Assembly (NCBI RefSeq): GCF_006345805.1
Contig: NC_043014.1
Span: 33,232,001-33,296,000, forward strand
DNA: 64,000 bases
From: Octopus sinensis
Taxonomy: Eukaryota
Direction: 5' to 3'
Shown here: one piece after another, positions 11,872 to 23,925 of the stretch
Position numbering within the stretch: the stretch's first letter is position 1
How the letters are laid out: the number at the start of each line of letters is the position of its first letter
Notes under the pieces: generated by a model
Seen by the model: the letters and a program-made list of their open reading frames with translations, nothing else
Database searches by the model: none
Told to the model about the DNA's origin: nothing
Position numbers and translations under genes: made by a program

Positions 11872-14478
11872 CTGGTGAGTGTTGTAGATTTACTGTGTTT
11901 CTTGTATCTAAAAGAATTGCGATGAGCGGCATATCGCTGTTTAAAATTTATGGTTGACCCTATACGTATAGCTGTAGAATTGTGTAATGTGTTGAAAACG
12001 GTGCATTTATAAATTACATTAGATCTTCTAGAAAGGGTTTCTAGAGGGCAGATGGACCCAGGACAGCAGTTACAAGTGGGTGTATTTTTCGGATTATTTT
12101 CAGGAATGGAGGAGATAATATTGTCAGAGGAGAAGTTAGAGATGGGGGTATATATATATATACACACTTGTGTGTGTATGTATATATATGTTTCCTTGCT
12201 TCTAGTCACGAGCTCCTAATCGCTGTTATCATACATATGATTCTTATATTTTCAGAAAGTCTTCCAATCTTCCTTGGTGGTTCTAAATCAACATTTGGTG
12301 AGTTTCAAACAAATTAAAGCCAACAATAAATATGTGTATGTATGCACATGTGTGTATGTATGTGTGTGTGTGAGTTAGTGTTTTTCTTATTTGCCTTTGA
12401 AAATGTTTATTGTAATTGATAAGATAGTATTTTCATTCTTCCATCTATCACTATGTAAGAGATACCACCACGCTGGAAATAGCAACCAAAATTTGACTCT
12501 AAAGCCACATTAAATGTTCATACAACACCAGGAGAGAAGACACCTGGTGCTGTATGAACATTTAATGTGGTTTTAGAGTTACGTTTTGACTGCTATTTCC
12601 AGTGTGGTGGTATCTCTTAGATACCCTAAATTATAATTTTGATAATAATTATTACCTTTGAAGGTTTTATTCCCATGCTGGCCACTTGATATGATCGGTA
12701 CTTAAAAGAACGATCTTATCCTTATTTTTATAAATTTATCACCATGTAAGTGTAGATTTAAGTAGAGTAAGGAGTTACATATTTTAATAGTAATGAGGAT
12801 TAATATATGATTATCATTTTTCTGATCTATTAATGAACTGAGCTCATTGCCATCTCCTCCTCCTCTTAATCTTCTGTTCTTTATGTACTTGACTATGTCA
12901 AACAAACAAATTAGATGAGCTTTCTATGCAACATTGCTGCCTGAAACTTCATCTTAAAAATTATGAGTGGCTTTATAAAACTGTTGGCATATTCCAGTGC
13001 TCCTGCTGTTTACAGAAATAAAAATGTACCAGACGTGTGGTACCTACCTTTCCAGAGCTGCAGCTGAGCTGTTGAGAAAGGGTCTTGTTCCTAGATTTAT
13101 TATGTATGAATAAAAAAACAGGAATGAGATAGTTACGGCTTAAATACCTTTATGTGGGGTTTCAACATGCATCATAATGTGTTGTTAAGCAAGATAATTA
13201 ACTCTCCTTAAACTATGAACATTTGTCATTATTTCCTTACTGTCTCCTAGCATTTCTGAAGTTTTCTGTTCATCTTTTCGGTTCCAGATGTGGATGATGA
13301 ATTTGATGACCTCATATCAACAGAAGGTTTGTATTATATGTATGTGTGTTTGTCTATGATGGCAGGTGTATAGCCTTTCATCTGGTGTGGTGATGTAGAT
13401 GGTGTATGTTTCTTGTCTTGTCTTGAGACAGCATTCACCCGGGTTGGGTTGAGCTGGCTTCATTCATCCTCAATGCTGCATCTCTCACAAACACCGACCA
13501 GGCCTGGCGATTTGAGGCTAACGACCATGTGATCTCCAACCACTCCTTATTCCAGCGGCGAACGCCGTAGACATGGGGGCCTAGGTTGGGTTCCAGATCA
13601 GCCTTGACTGTTATCAGCCAGGTTTTTCGTTGTCCACCACATCGCTTTTGCCAACCCTGAAGGGGAGCTGGAGCAATTGCTTCGTAGATGAATTCTCCTG
13701 GTTGACAATGGAGGGCATGACCCAGCTAACGCAGACGTCTCGTTAGGATGACTTGTCGGAGGGAGGTTATTTTGCACTGGTGTCGTATGTTGTAGATGAC
13801 TAGTTGTTGTGATGTGCATTATGTAGTGGTAACTGTGTTGTTTCTTATATGAAGTGTGTGTGGATGGTGTGTGCTTAGAGAGTGTATGGCTTGTGCTTAA
13901 ACTGGTCATATCCAGCCAAAATATTTTACCTGTCTTATGTTCATACCAGCTAGATCTAGTTTCTCACATTTAGTTTACATTATCATTCTAAAAATATACA
14001 ATATATGTGCCAGTGTCACAAAATGTATGACAGATATAAAATCAAGAAATTCAGATTGGAAAATGAATATTAACTCTTTTACTTTTAAACCGGCCATATC
14101 TGGTCCAAATATTCTACCTGTCTTATGTTCAAACTGGCCATGTTCAAACTCTTACACATATCCTACAATGTCATTCTAAAAATAATGGATGACATCTTTG
14201 AAATCTCAAAAGTATGAGGCAAGGCTTGATTAATTCAAACCAGTGTAAATAAATATACATTATATTTGACAGAGTAATCTGAATGCTAAAAGTGTTAAAT
14301 TATGATATGATAATATCTGTGTCTTTTTGCTATTTTTTCAGGCTTGGAACCCCTATTGCGCCTGAGTCCTCCACCCAGTGACCGAGACTACCAGTTCAAC
14401 CTGGATGACAGTGAAGGCGTTTGTGATCTATTTGATGTCCCTCTGCTTCCACCAAACTCTGCTGCTGCCTTCTATTGA
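2424..14478 (+). CDS. E2F4: E2F4/5-like transcription factor, 5'-partial gene (7 coding exons in window)
   Basis: Exons 2424-2585, 2973-3081, 9061-9276, 11467-11578, 12256-12297, 13288-13326, 14342-14478 join in phase. They give [70 protein letters not shown] (marked box) and [31 protein letters not shown] (pocket-protein-binding motif of E2F4/5). E2F4 versus E2F5 cannot be resolved by eye. Confidence 0.95.
2586..2972 (+). other. U12-type (minor spliceosome) GT-AG intron
   Basis: 5' splice site GTATCCTTTAC matches the U12 consensus; branch-site-like TTTTCCTTCAC at 2948-2958, with the A 15 nt before the end of the AG. Confidence 0.88.
2973..3081 (+). CDS. E2F4: E2F4/5 exon (marked box, N-part)
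   Basis: ctctag|G TTG GCA TAT; [36 protein letters not shown]; donor gtaagt. Confidence 0.93.
3286..3848 (+). mobile_element. Internally deleted mariner transposon
   Basis: TIRs ttgggttgtctggaaagttcgt / acgaactttccggacaacctaa flanked by TA; ORF 3506-3775 contains [23 protein letters not shown] (mariner catalytic third Asp motif). Confidence 0.9.
5898..7223 (-). mobile_element. Merlin (IS1595/ISXO2-like) DNA transposon remnant
   Basis: Imperfect TIRs (gtactaatatagtatgcggtctgccacg..agggttatctaccttA and its reverse complement at 7162-7223); ORF 6013-6204 gives [29 protein letters not shown], the ISXO2-type transposase motif. Confidence 0.8.
7380..7720 (+). mobile_element. Degraded non-LTR retrotransposon RT fragment
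   Basis: [18 protein letters not shown] resembles the E.V..F.YLG thumb region of LINE RTs. Confidence 0.5.
7806..8087. mobile_element. hAT-like MITE inserted in a SINE
   Basis: TIRs (t)agaggtgtagctagg / cctagctacacccctg; interrupts the SINE motif ctgaaccact..gttatgggga. Confidence 0.55.
8201..8755 (-). mobile_element. Non-autonomous Helitron-like element
   Basis: On - strand: A|TCTCTTATATAAAATCCG, (TCTG)n, subterminal hairpin ccggccattggacgg, CTCG|T end; a second copy lies inverted at 16757-17136. Confidence 0.65.
9061..9276 (+). CDS. E2F4: E2F4/5 exon (marked box, C-part)
   Basis: poly-T tract catag|; [27 protein letters not shown]...QQKLKK; donor gtaaat. Confidence 0.9.
10872..11256 (-). 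mobile_element. Non-autonomous Helitron nested in a SINE
   Basis: On - strand starts A|TCTCTATATATATAAAG and ends cctgagcaacactggg-ctatactg-CTAG|T. Confidence 0.75.
11467..11578 (+). CDS. E2F4: E2F4/5 exon, SP-rich linker
   Basis: tttcag|[37 protein letters not shown]|gtaag; phase 0 to 1. Confidence 0.8.
11872..12150 (-). mobile_element. Penelope-like element GIY-YIG endonuclease fragment
   Basis: [54 protein letters not shown] matches the Penelope GIY-YIG pattern. Confidence 0.8.
12256..12297 (+). CDS. E2F4: E2F4/5 42-nt exon
   Basis: ttttcag|(E)[13 protein letters not shown]|gtgagt; phase 1-1. Confidence 0.65.
12456..12619. repeat. Long inverted repeat (77-bp arms, 10-nt loop)
   Basis: 12456-12532 is the reverse complement of 12543-12619 with 8 mismatches by manual alignment. 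Confidence 0.95.
13288..13326 (+). CDS. E2F4: E2F4/5 39-nt exon
   Basis: ttccag|(D)[12 protein letters not shown]|gtttgt; acidic segment like the E2F4 LLEELMSSE region; phase 1-1. Confidence 0.8.
13412..13745 (-). mobile_element. RTE-clade LINE 3' end (SR2/SjR2-like)
   Basis: [70 protein letters not shown], followed by an (ACAAG)n tail. Confidence 0.75.
14342..14478 (+). CDS. E2F4: E2F4/5 terminal exon (Rb/p107/p130-binding transactivation domain)
   Basis: ttttcag|(G)[47 protein letters not shown] at 14476-14478. Confidence 0.95.
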
Positions 14479-16725
14479 TACTTCAACCACACACTCATGT
14501 GCACACACACACATACACATACATATATGTGCTCTCTCTCCCTCTCTTGTCAGCTCAAAGACAAAATACCTTTAAACAACAGCTAAACCCCATCAGGAAG
14601 TGGTTTCTATAGATATAAATATTATAAAATCTGTTAATATCTTTGTTTCTGCTAACCTCTAACTTCTCATCTAAATCTAATCTTTTAACTTCTTAATGAC
14701 AATACATGTATCATGTATTGGCCTCCAAATGTGCATTTGCAAGCATACAAGGACTTGGGATTAGTGGTGATAGAGTGAAGAGTGAGTTATTACACATATT
14801 CCCTTTGATTAACCTATTCTGTTTCTTCTAGGGCAGCTGACAACTACATCATGATTATTAATAAGAAAAAAGTTCTCAAATCCACTGTAGTATCTCCCTT
14901 AGACTCACTCACAATTATTACAATATATATGTGTGGAAATGTAAAGTACTGGGCAACTGAATAGCTCAATACTGTTCAGATTTCAATACTGCCATTGTGT
15001 TGTATCCCCGGATCAGGACAATGTTAACTTTTCATGCTCCAGTATGTCTTACCGAATACATAAAGAACCTTGACCTTTGGCCTACGTCCTACTTCAGTGG
15101 TTAGTGGCAGCAAAAGCTTCCAGCTTTAAAAGCAGCTAATCCAACGATGGAAATGCACTTATGCACACACACACAGATATGATAGGTTGTCCACCAAGTT
15201 TGAAGATGCCCTATTTTGGCAGAGAAATATTTGCACAGACTGCACACTAATGTTTATTTACACCAGAATTGTTAGAATATAATTTGTGAGCTGCTCTTTT
15301 GGCCTCTGCTATACAGATATGTGAAGATTCAAATGCTTTGGAACCCTTGTCACTAGTTTCCTTCCAAGCACACAACTGGACTTGCCTGAAGTTGGCAAAG
15401 GAACTGGATGCATTAGCACATCTGAGAACCTCTATATTAGGAATCGTTCTTTGGTAAGACATGTGGAAATGGTTGAGCCTTATTAGAATTACATCAATAC
15501 ATTGTCCAAGATTTAGCACCATAAAAGTGAGATGGAAGGATGATTGCATTGTTTTATTTTAGTACCAATATCAATACCTGGGCTGTCCCTCATTCTGTGC
15601 TGCAGTTTTTCTGAAATAGCCTTTTCCTTGCAATTGTCTACATTTTTTCAGCTCAGTCCCACTTAGTTTTATTCTAGGAAGTACCTTTCTATACATGTTT
15701 TAGGACAAGTTGGTGTCTTAGGACAAGTTGGTGTAGGACTTCTATTTTTTTTTGTAGTGTTGATAGTGGGGCCAAATCGTTGTAGGTGTTTGACAATTGA
15801 TTGACTCATGCCTGCATGCTGGACTTGTCTTGTGTGAACAATCCCCAGACACTTAGAGGCTTAATTTTGGATTTTGCTTGCAATCTGTGACGATGGAATA
15901 ATTTGCCATCATATCTTGATGTTTTGAAGACATCCTGTAACATAGCAAAATGTATAACACTGAAATGGGCAGGTGCTGAGACATGACTTTGTTTTGACAG
16001 AAAATGATGCAAATATGTCTCCATTGTCAAGGTACATGACTCAGTAGTTAGAGTGTCAGGCTCACAATCATGAGGTAGTGAGTTCGATTCCTGGACCAGG
16101 TTGTGTGTTGTGTTCTTGAGCAAGACTTTTTATTTCATGTTGCTCCAGTTCACTCAGCTGTAGAAATGAGTTGTGATGTCATTGGTGTCAAGCTGTATCA
16201 GCCTTTGCCATTTCTTTGGATAACATTGATGGCTTGGAAAGGGGAGGCTGGTATGCATGGGTGACTGCTAGTCTTCCATAAACAACCTTGCCCAGACTTG
16301 TACTTCGGAGGGGAACTTCCTCGGTGCAATCCCATGGTCATTCATGACCGAAGGGTGTCTTTACTCTTTTATGTCTCCATTACTCCTGACACTCTCCAGC
16401 ATGCTATCATAAAATTGACACACCATGCACATGATCTTCACAAACTGCCTGCAACACAAAGTATCAAAATTCTTTGTGAGTTAGCAAAAGTTATAAGCAA
16501 GGCCTGAGTCTGCTCTAAACACTTCTGGGCAAGTCTTACAACAAAGATCGTATCAGTAGTGTCCCTTCTCACAACAGAATCCACGCTGACTTCCTGGCAG
16601 AAAATTGTGGAATGAGGTGATTCAAGAGAGTCCTCTTGCAAAAATTTTGCCAGCAATTGACGAGGGGGAGATACCTCTGATTATAGCATCATTGAATTTT
16701 GGGAGAATGGAACCTGCTGACATCA

Positions 16726-16756
<31 letters not shown>

Positions 16757-16762
<6 letters not shown>

Positions 16763-17136
16763 ATAAAATCCGTTCTGTCTGTCTGTGTGTGTGTGACTTC
16801 TAGGATCTCAGGCATCCTTCATTCGATTGCGCTCAAATTTGATATGTAGGTACCGACAATATCAGGGCGTGTATAAGTCTTGATGAAATTACAAGAATCG
16901 ATTCCAGGTGAGAATGTGATCGATAAAGCCGTGGGAACGTGCATTTGTACGTGCAAGTACATCAGCTGTTGCAATCGATACTATGCATACGCGAGAAAAA
17001 TGCACAGTGTCTCAAATTTAGGTTAAATCAATATTTCTCAAAGGGGAGGCCTACGGTCAGACAAGTTGTTTTGAGAAAATTTGGTTTAAATGTTTGACAA
17101 CTCAGCACCGTCCATTGGACGGGAGGCATTTTGCTC
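16757..17136 (+). mobile_element. Non-autonomous Helitron-like element (same family as 8201-8755)
   Basis: Both ends share sequence with 8201-8755; hairpin CCGTCCATTGGACGG near the 3' end. Confidence 0.65.
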
Positions 17137-18754
17137 ATGTATATATACATCTAATATTTTCAAGTAGTAAAGGATACTAAATACTTATGTCAAGTAAAAT
17201 ATATAAACCAACTCTGTTCAGGCTGTTTATTTAGTATTCTCATTCTTAAACATTATTTAGTAGTTTTATTTGAGAGTTGTGTGAGTATGTACATGGTGTT
17301 CTCTTCTTCCTACCCAGATTTTGTGAAGGAGAGAGTGAATTTGCACTTGAAAATCCCTTCACTGAATAGGAATAAGTTTCCCTAAAAGTATTGGTTTTGT
17401 TGTGGTTAGATGGTGGTGGTGGTGGTGATATATGTGTTACACATCATCATCATCATCCATGTTAGAAATAGCAGCCAAATTTCCCTCATTACACCCTACT
17501 GTTTTAAAATTATGGTGACATAATTCTAGATATATTGGCTTGGAAAAAAATGATTGGATGGTTGTGACTGGAATGCCTTTGAGTATAGGGCTGTTCACTT
17601 GTGGTTACCCTCAGGTTAAACAACAACTGTAACAGCAGCATTAATACTTGTTCAAATTGCTTTGGTAATTTAAGGAAAAAAAACAAACTATTTTAATCAT
17701 GTCACTGATTATGATTTTCTTTAGTTGGTCATATTATTGCTGTTGTTGTTTAACCATAGGCCAGGCTTGATCCAGCACAACTTTGACCAATGATATTTCA
17801 GTCATGTTTGTCCCATGTATTTTTGTCTGTATTTAGGACTTCTTTTATCTATTATGTCTGATGACTTAATTTGAGAAGAAAGTCGACTGCTATTTCTAGT
17901 GGATCATGTAACCACACAAAAGCTCCCTCTTGGACACACTGGTTGGTTATGGTGTTAGTGATACTGGTGTTGTTTTGCCTTAGATGAGCATGGTTATTGC
18001 AGACATTCCTACCATGACTATCCTATTTTTTTTTTGCCCATACATAATATATCTAGGACCGCATTACATTACCCCCTCTCCCTTTTATTTTATATAAGAC
18101 AGTTGGGTAAGATTTAATGGAGGAGCAACAACATAGAGACCACATCTTTGAGCTTACTGCACCATTCTAAACTGATGACTGATGGAGGTTTAAAAAAGAG
18201 AGAGAGAGAGAAAGAGAGAAGGGTGTCACAATCCTCAAACAACCCTCAAAAAATACGAATATAATCTGTGATGACTATAAAACAATGCAAAGGGGTGGTT
18301 GATGTGGGGGGGAGAATGGAAAAAATGAAACATTTGCATTCAGTTATCTCTCCAGACAGAAAAACATACACAAAATGACCATAATCATGATGATGATAAA
18401 AAGCAATATAAGAGGAGAAAATGTGGATTATTCCTTTATGTATGTTGTTGTTGTTATTGTTTTTAATGTTTTTTTTCTTTTTTTTAAAAAAATTTTTTTT
18501 TCCCCTTTTCTTTTAGTTCAAGTTTGAATCTGAGAGAAAGATAAATGTTTAATACATGAAATGTTACTGATCATGACGTTAATGAAGATAATGATACTCA
18601 CTGAGACCAGGGACATGGTTCCATTCATAAAATGTATGCGTGTACTTATCTATATACATGTTTGTACACACACACACACACACAGTGTTAACCCCTGGTA
18701 TCTATTTTTAAATTTAGGGCAAAATTCTTATCTCCCTTCCTTTCTGACATACAT

Positions 18755-18793
<39 letters not shown>

Positions 18794-19485
18794 CATACAT
18801 ACACATATATAATCAGGTATCTTTTGAACTTGAAATTTTGGGTGGGCTTAAATTATTCTCAAAATAAAAACTGGGATTTTTTAGTCAGGAAGTAATTTTA
18901 TTTTTGAAAATGAATGATGAATGAAATTTAAACCTAAAAAAACCAGCAACTAAAAAAAAAAAAAAGGGAAAAAGTTTATCATGTTTACTCGAAACCGAAT
19001 TTAAAAAAAAAATACTGGACAAAATAAATTATATTCATAAGGGTAAAAACCAAATAGATTTACAAAGAAAATAAATAAAAATAAAAAAAACATAAACTCC
19101 TAAAAAATCTTGACCAAAAATAACGGGGTGTTAAAATGATGGCAATAATATTAAAAAAAATATTCTGAACTTTTGCATGTAAAGCAAAATATTGTAGGAA
19201 CATAATAAAAGGGCTGGGTGGTGGACGGGGTGGGGGGATAGTTAATTTATACATTACACATTTCATTATGTGAAGAAGAAAAAGAAAAGAAAACTCCCTA
19301 AGTTGTATTATGGTAACAGAATGATGAACAAAATGACAAGTAGGAGGATGGGTGACTGAATCATATTGATTGGTTTCTGCTACTACCACTACTACAACTA
19401 CTACTACTACTACATCTTGGTTCACAACCTTATCATGGAAGATTGTATGAAGGCTTTTTTCTTCTTCCCTTTGTCTCTCTCTCAA

Positions 19486-19529
19486 TATATATATATATAC
19501 ACATACATATGTATATATATATACATATG

Positions 19530-19565
<36 letters not shown>

Positions 19566-19578
19566 CATATTTATATAC

Positions 19579-19613
<35 letters not shown>

Positions 19614-19617
19614 CACA

Positions 19618-19701
<84 letters not shown>

Positions 19702-19706
19702 CACAC

Positions 19707-19737
<31 letters not shown>

Positions 19738-19873
19738 CATGTATATATATATACATGTATATATATATACATGTATATATATATATACACATGTATATAT
19801 ATATATACATATATATATATACATGTATATATATATATACATGTATATATATACATGTATATATATATACACA

Positions 19874-19907
<34 letters not shown>

Positions 19908-19944
19908 CACACATGTATATATACATATATATATATATATACAC

Positions 19945-19977
<33 letters not shown>

Positions 19978-20080
19978 CACACATGTATATATACATATAT
20001 ATATATACACACATGTATATATACATATATATATATACACACATGTATATATATACATCTATATATATGTATATGTACGT
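19486..20080. repeat. ~600-bp compound (TA)n/(TACA)/(CATGTA) microsatellite
   Basis: Direct inspection; source of the long Y/I-rich ORFs. Confidence 0.98.
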
Positions 20081-21416
20081 ATGCACTTTCTTTCTTTTTC
20101 CTCCCGTCTTTCTCACAATTAGTTGTTAAAAAAATTCTTTTTTTTTATATTCTATTTTCTGATTTTGTTTTCTTGTTGTTAGATTTTTTTTCTATTCTTT
20201 TTTTTTTTTTCAGTTTTATTAATTTTTTTTCTAATTGGTAATTAAATAATTGAAAAAAAAATAACCCAAAAAAACAAAAACAAAGAAGATAAAAATAAAA
20301 ACTATATCGATTTCTCTTTTGATATTTGTATATTTCAATACCTGGTGTATATTTTCAGTTATGGCATGAGCTATGTGTATACAGAGGTACATACATAGAC
20401 TATCTGTATATTGATTTCTTCTTTAAAATTTACTCTTTTACTTGTTTCAGTCAAGTATCTTCTACTATAGTCTTGGGCCAACCAAAGCCTTGTGAGTGGA
20501 TTTGGTAGACAGAAACTGAAAAGAAGCCCATCATATATATGTATGTGTGTGTGTTTGTGTCTTTGTTTGTCCCCCCAACATCGCTTGACAACTGATGCTG
20601 GTGTGTTTACGTCTCCATAACTTAGTGGTTCAGTAAAAGAGACCGATAGAATAAGTACTAGGCTTACAAAGAATAAGTCCTGGGGTCGATTTGCTTGACT
20701 AAAGGCGGTGCTCCAGCATGGCCGCAGTCAAATGACTGAAACAAGTAAAAGAGTAGCAACAGAGGCAGTACTATCACCAAGTGGTAATATTTATCCCTTC
20801 TTAAACATGGGTGTTCTGTTAGAACAAGCTATACTGCAGTAGTTACCGTGAGAGAAGCTCTCGTATTGGCTTTTCATTGCAAAATGGACTCATCTTTATA
20901 TTGTTAGTAGGAAGATAAATCCCCACCACTTCCAGTATGAAGACCACTAAATCACATAATTTTAACCTTTTTTAGTCTTGTCAATGATTTGGACTGTCTA
21001 TATACAGAGATGTTTTAGTACAAGGTCATACTTGGTGTTTATGTGTATAATGCATAATGGCAGTTATTTATGCTGCTGTATTACTGATTACATGGTCACA
21101 CATTCAAACTTTATTACTACACTTAATGTTCTGTATTGTTTTGCAGCTTCTGATCATTCTCACCATCTATTTTAATTGCTGATAGGGACGCTGTATTTCG
21201 TTTTGCAACCATTATATACTACCAAGTATATCTTTTAAATATGAGTAGCAATGTAGCTCCTCTACATTCTTCTCTTCTCTCATTTCTGTTAATAATAATA
21301 ATAATAAGAATAATAATAATAATAATAGTTATGAACTCATTGTATACAGTGCTCAGGTGCATTACATCTCTTTAGAAAAAGTAACCAAAACTGCATGAAC
21401 AGTAGATAGAATAAGG

Positions 21417-22012
21417 CACAGGTGAGCTAGCTGAAACGTTAGCACACCGGGTGAAATGCTTATCAGTATTTTGTCTGCCGTTATGTTCTGAGTTCAAATT
21501 CTGCCGAGGCCAACTTTGCCTTTCATCCTTTTGGGGTCGATTAAATAAGTGCCAGTTACGCACTGGGGTCGATGTAATCGACTTAATCCGTTTGTCTGTC
21601 CTTGTTTGTCCCTTCTATGTTTATCCCCTCTATGTTTAGCCCCTTGTAGGCAATAAAGAAACGTTAGCACACTGGGCGAAATGCTTATCGGTGTTTCGTC
21701 TGCCGTTACATTCTGAATTCAAATTCTGCTTTGCCTTTCATCCTTTCATGGTCAGTTAAATAAGTATGCATTGGAGTTGATGTAATCAACTTAATCCATT
21801 TTGCTGTCCTTGTTTGGCCCCTTGTGTGTAGTAAAGAAATAGGTATTTCATCTGAGTTCAAATTCCACCGAGGTCGACTTTGCCTTTCATCCTTTCAGGG
21901 TCGATTAAATAAGTACCAGTTACACACTGCGGTTGATGAAATCAACTTAATCCCTTTGTCTGTCCTTGTTTGTCCCCTCTGTGTTTAGCCCCTTGTGGGC
22001 AGTAAAGAAATA
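21417..22012 (+). mobile_element. SINE family B, tandem array of ~3 units
   Basis: Repeated ttctgagttcaaattc..gcctttcatcctttcggggtcgattaaataagtaccag..agccccttgtgggcaataaagaaa; other copies at 5668-5895, 10016-10620, 26925-27120, 30470-30910, 40900-41107 and 61490-62430. Confidence 0.85.
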
Positions 22013-23437
22013 AGAATAAGACACAGGATGTGAACTGTGAATAAATCTTCAGGAAAAAAAAACCCAGAAGAAACAGTGGGTGAGGGGCATCAGGTGTACT
22101 TTTGGTTAAATTTGAGGAAGCATGGAAGTTTTGAAGGATGCAGTATCTTGACAGTTAACAACTTTTTCGTTTAGCGTCCGCTTTCCATGCTAGCATGGGT
22201 TGGACGGTTTAACTGGGGTCTGGGAAGCCAGAAGGCTGCACCAGTCCCAGTCTGATCTGGCAATGTTTCTACGGCTGGATGCCCTTCCTAACGCCAACCA
22301 CTCCGTGAGTGTAGTGGGTGCTTTTTACGTGCCACCGGCACAGGTGCCAGACGAGGCTGGCAAACGGCCACGATTGGATGGTGCTTTTTACGTGCCACCG
22401 GCACAGGGGCCAGGCGAGGCTGGCGATGCAGTTTATTCCGTGCTTCAGTAATTCTGACCCTGAAAAAATGTTTCTGAAAGACATGGGTGCTGTGTTGGTT
22501 TTTGATTTTGTAAGTATGTCCATGAGTGTTAAACATGGAATTCAAAATGATACTCAAGATTGTTGTTGGAAGGATGGTGGATAGTCTTGTTTTAATTACA
22601 CTGTCTTCGTTTCAATTAATTTTGAAATTAATGAAGAATTAAGTAAAATAAGAACATCAGTCTTTATTAAGCCAATGTTTGGAACAAAATTAACATTAAA
22701 AATTTGATGGAAGGTTTTAATTTGGATAACTTTATTGTAATCTAGAATCAGGGCTGGTCTCAGGCAGATTGGTATTGAAAGGGTTAACTTCTCATCTCTT
22801 CGCATAAATCCACCTTTCTTGGGGTTTGTATTGCAAACTACAGGCTTTGCATGGTTTTCACTAGTGCTGGGGATATAATAGAAATAATATCACTTTGGAA
22901 TTTCATTTGAAGTAGTTTGAAATTCCATAAATATTTGAATATTTATAGTGATGACATAGCTCTGTGGTTATAAAGCTTGCTTTCCAACCACATGGTCTCG
23001 GGTTCAGTTCCACTGCATAGCACTTAAATTTTCACTAGTGCTGGTGATTCATACAGAAAAAGCACCCAGCTCATGCTGTAAAGTGGTTGGCTTAGGAAGG
23101 ACATCCAGTAGAAATTGTGTGTTAAAGCAGATATTGGAGCACAACGCAGGTTTTGGGTATGTTGGATCCTATTAAACTGTCCAGTCCATACTAGCATGAA
23201 ATATAGACATTAAATGACAACAATGATGGTGATGATAGTTCTGCTTTAGTGTTCTGGTTATTCTATCAAACATAATGCTTATTGATTTACATTGTTTTGA
23301 ATTAATCATGCATTATCTTGTAACTTTTAGATTTTGATGATGTGATTGTTTAATATAGAATAACATTGTAGGGTATGTGTGAAAGCCTGGATCTGGTCAG
23401 TTTGAACATAAAACAGGTGGAATATTTTGGCTGGTTT

Positions 23438-23925
23438 GTGGAGGTGCAATGGCCCAGTGGTTAGGGAAGCAGACTCGCGGTCGTAGGATTGCGGTTTCGA
23501 TTCCCAGACTGGGCATTGTGAGTGTTTATTGAGCGAAAACATCTAAAAGTTCCACAAGGCTCTGGCGGGAGGTGGTGGTGAACCCTGCTGTACTCTTTCA
23601 CCACAACTTTCTCTCTTTCTTCCTGTTTCTGTTGTACCTGTATTTCAAGGGGCCAGCCTTGTCACACTCCGTGTCACGCTGAATCTCCCTGAGAACTACG
23701 TTAAGGGTACACATGTCAGTGGAGTGCTCAGCCACTTGCACGTTAATAAATGAGCTGCGACATCACTGGTGCCAAGCTGTATCAGCCTTTGCCTTCCCCT
23801 TGGATAAGGGGAGGCTGATATGCGTGGGCGACTGCTATTCTTCCATAAACAACCTTGCCCTGAATTGTGACTCAGAGGGTAACTTTCTAGGTGCAATCCC
23901 ATGGTCATTTATGACTGAAGGAGGT
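23438..23925 (+). mobile_element. tRNA-derived SINE family D inserted in a piggyBac-like MITE
   Basis: Head with A box tggcccagtggttagg and B box ggtttcgattccc; related copy at 16022-16360. Confidence 0.75.

Noticed and set aside
19060-20241. Long ORFs up to 332 aa (Y/I/C/V-rich)
   Set aside because: Translations of a (TA)n compound microsatellite, open in several frames on both strands
23438-23512. tRNA-like sequence with A and B boxes
   Set aside because: It is a SINE head continuing into a SINE body; no complete cloverleaf or acceptor stem
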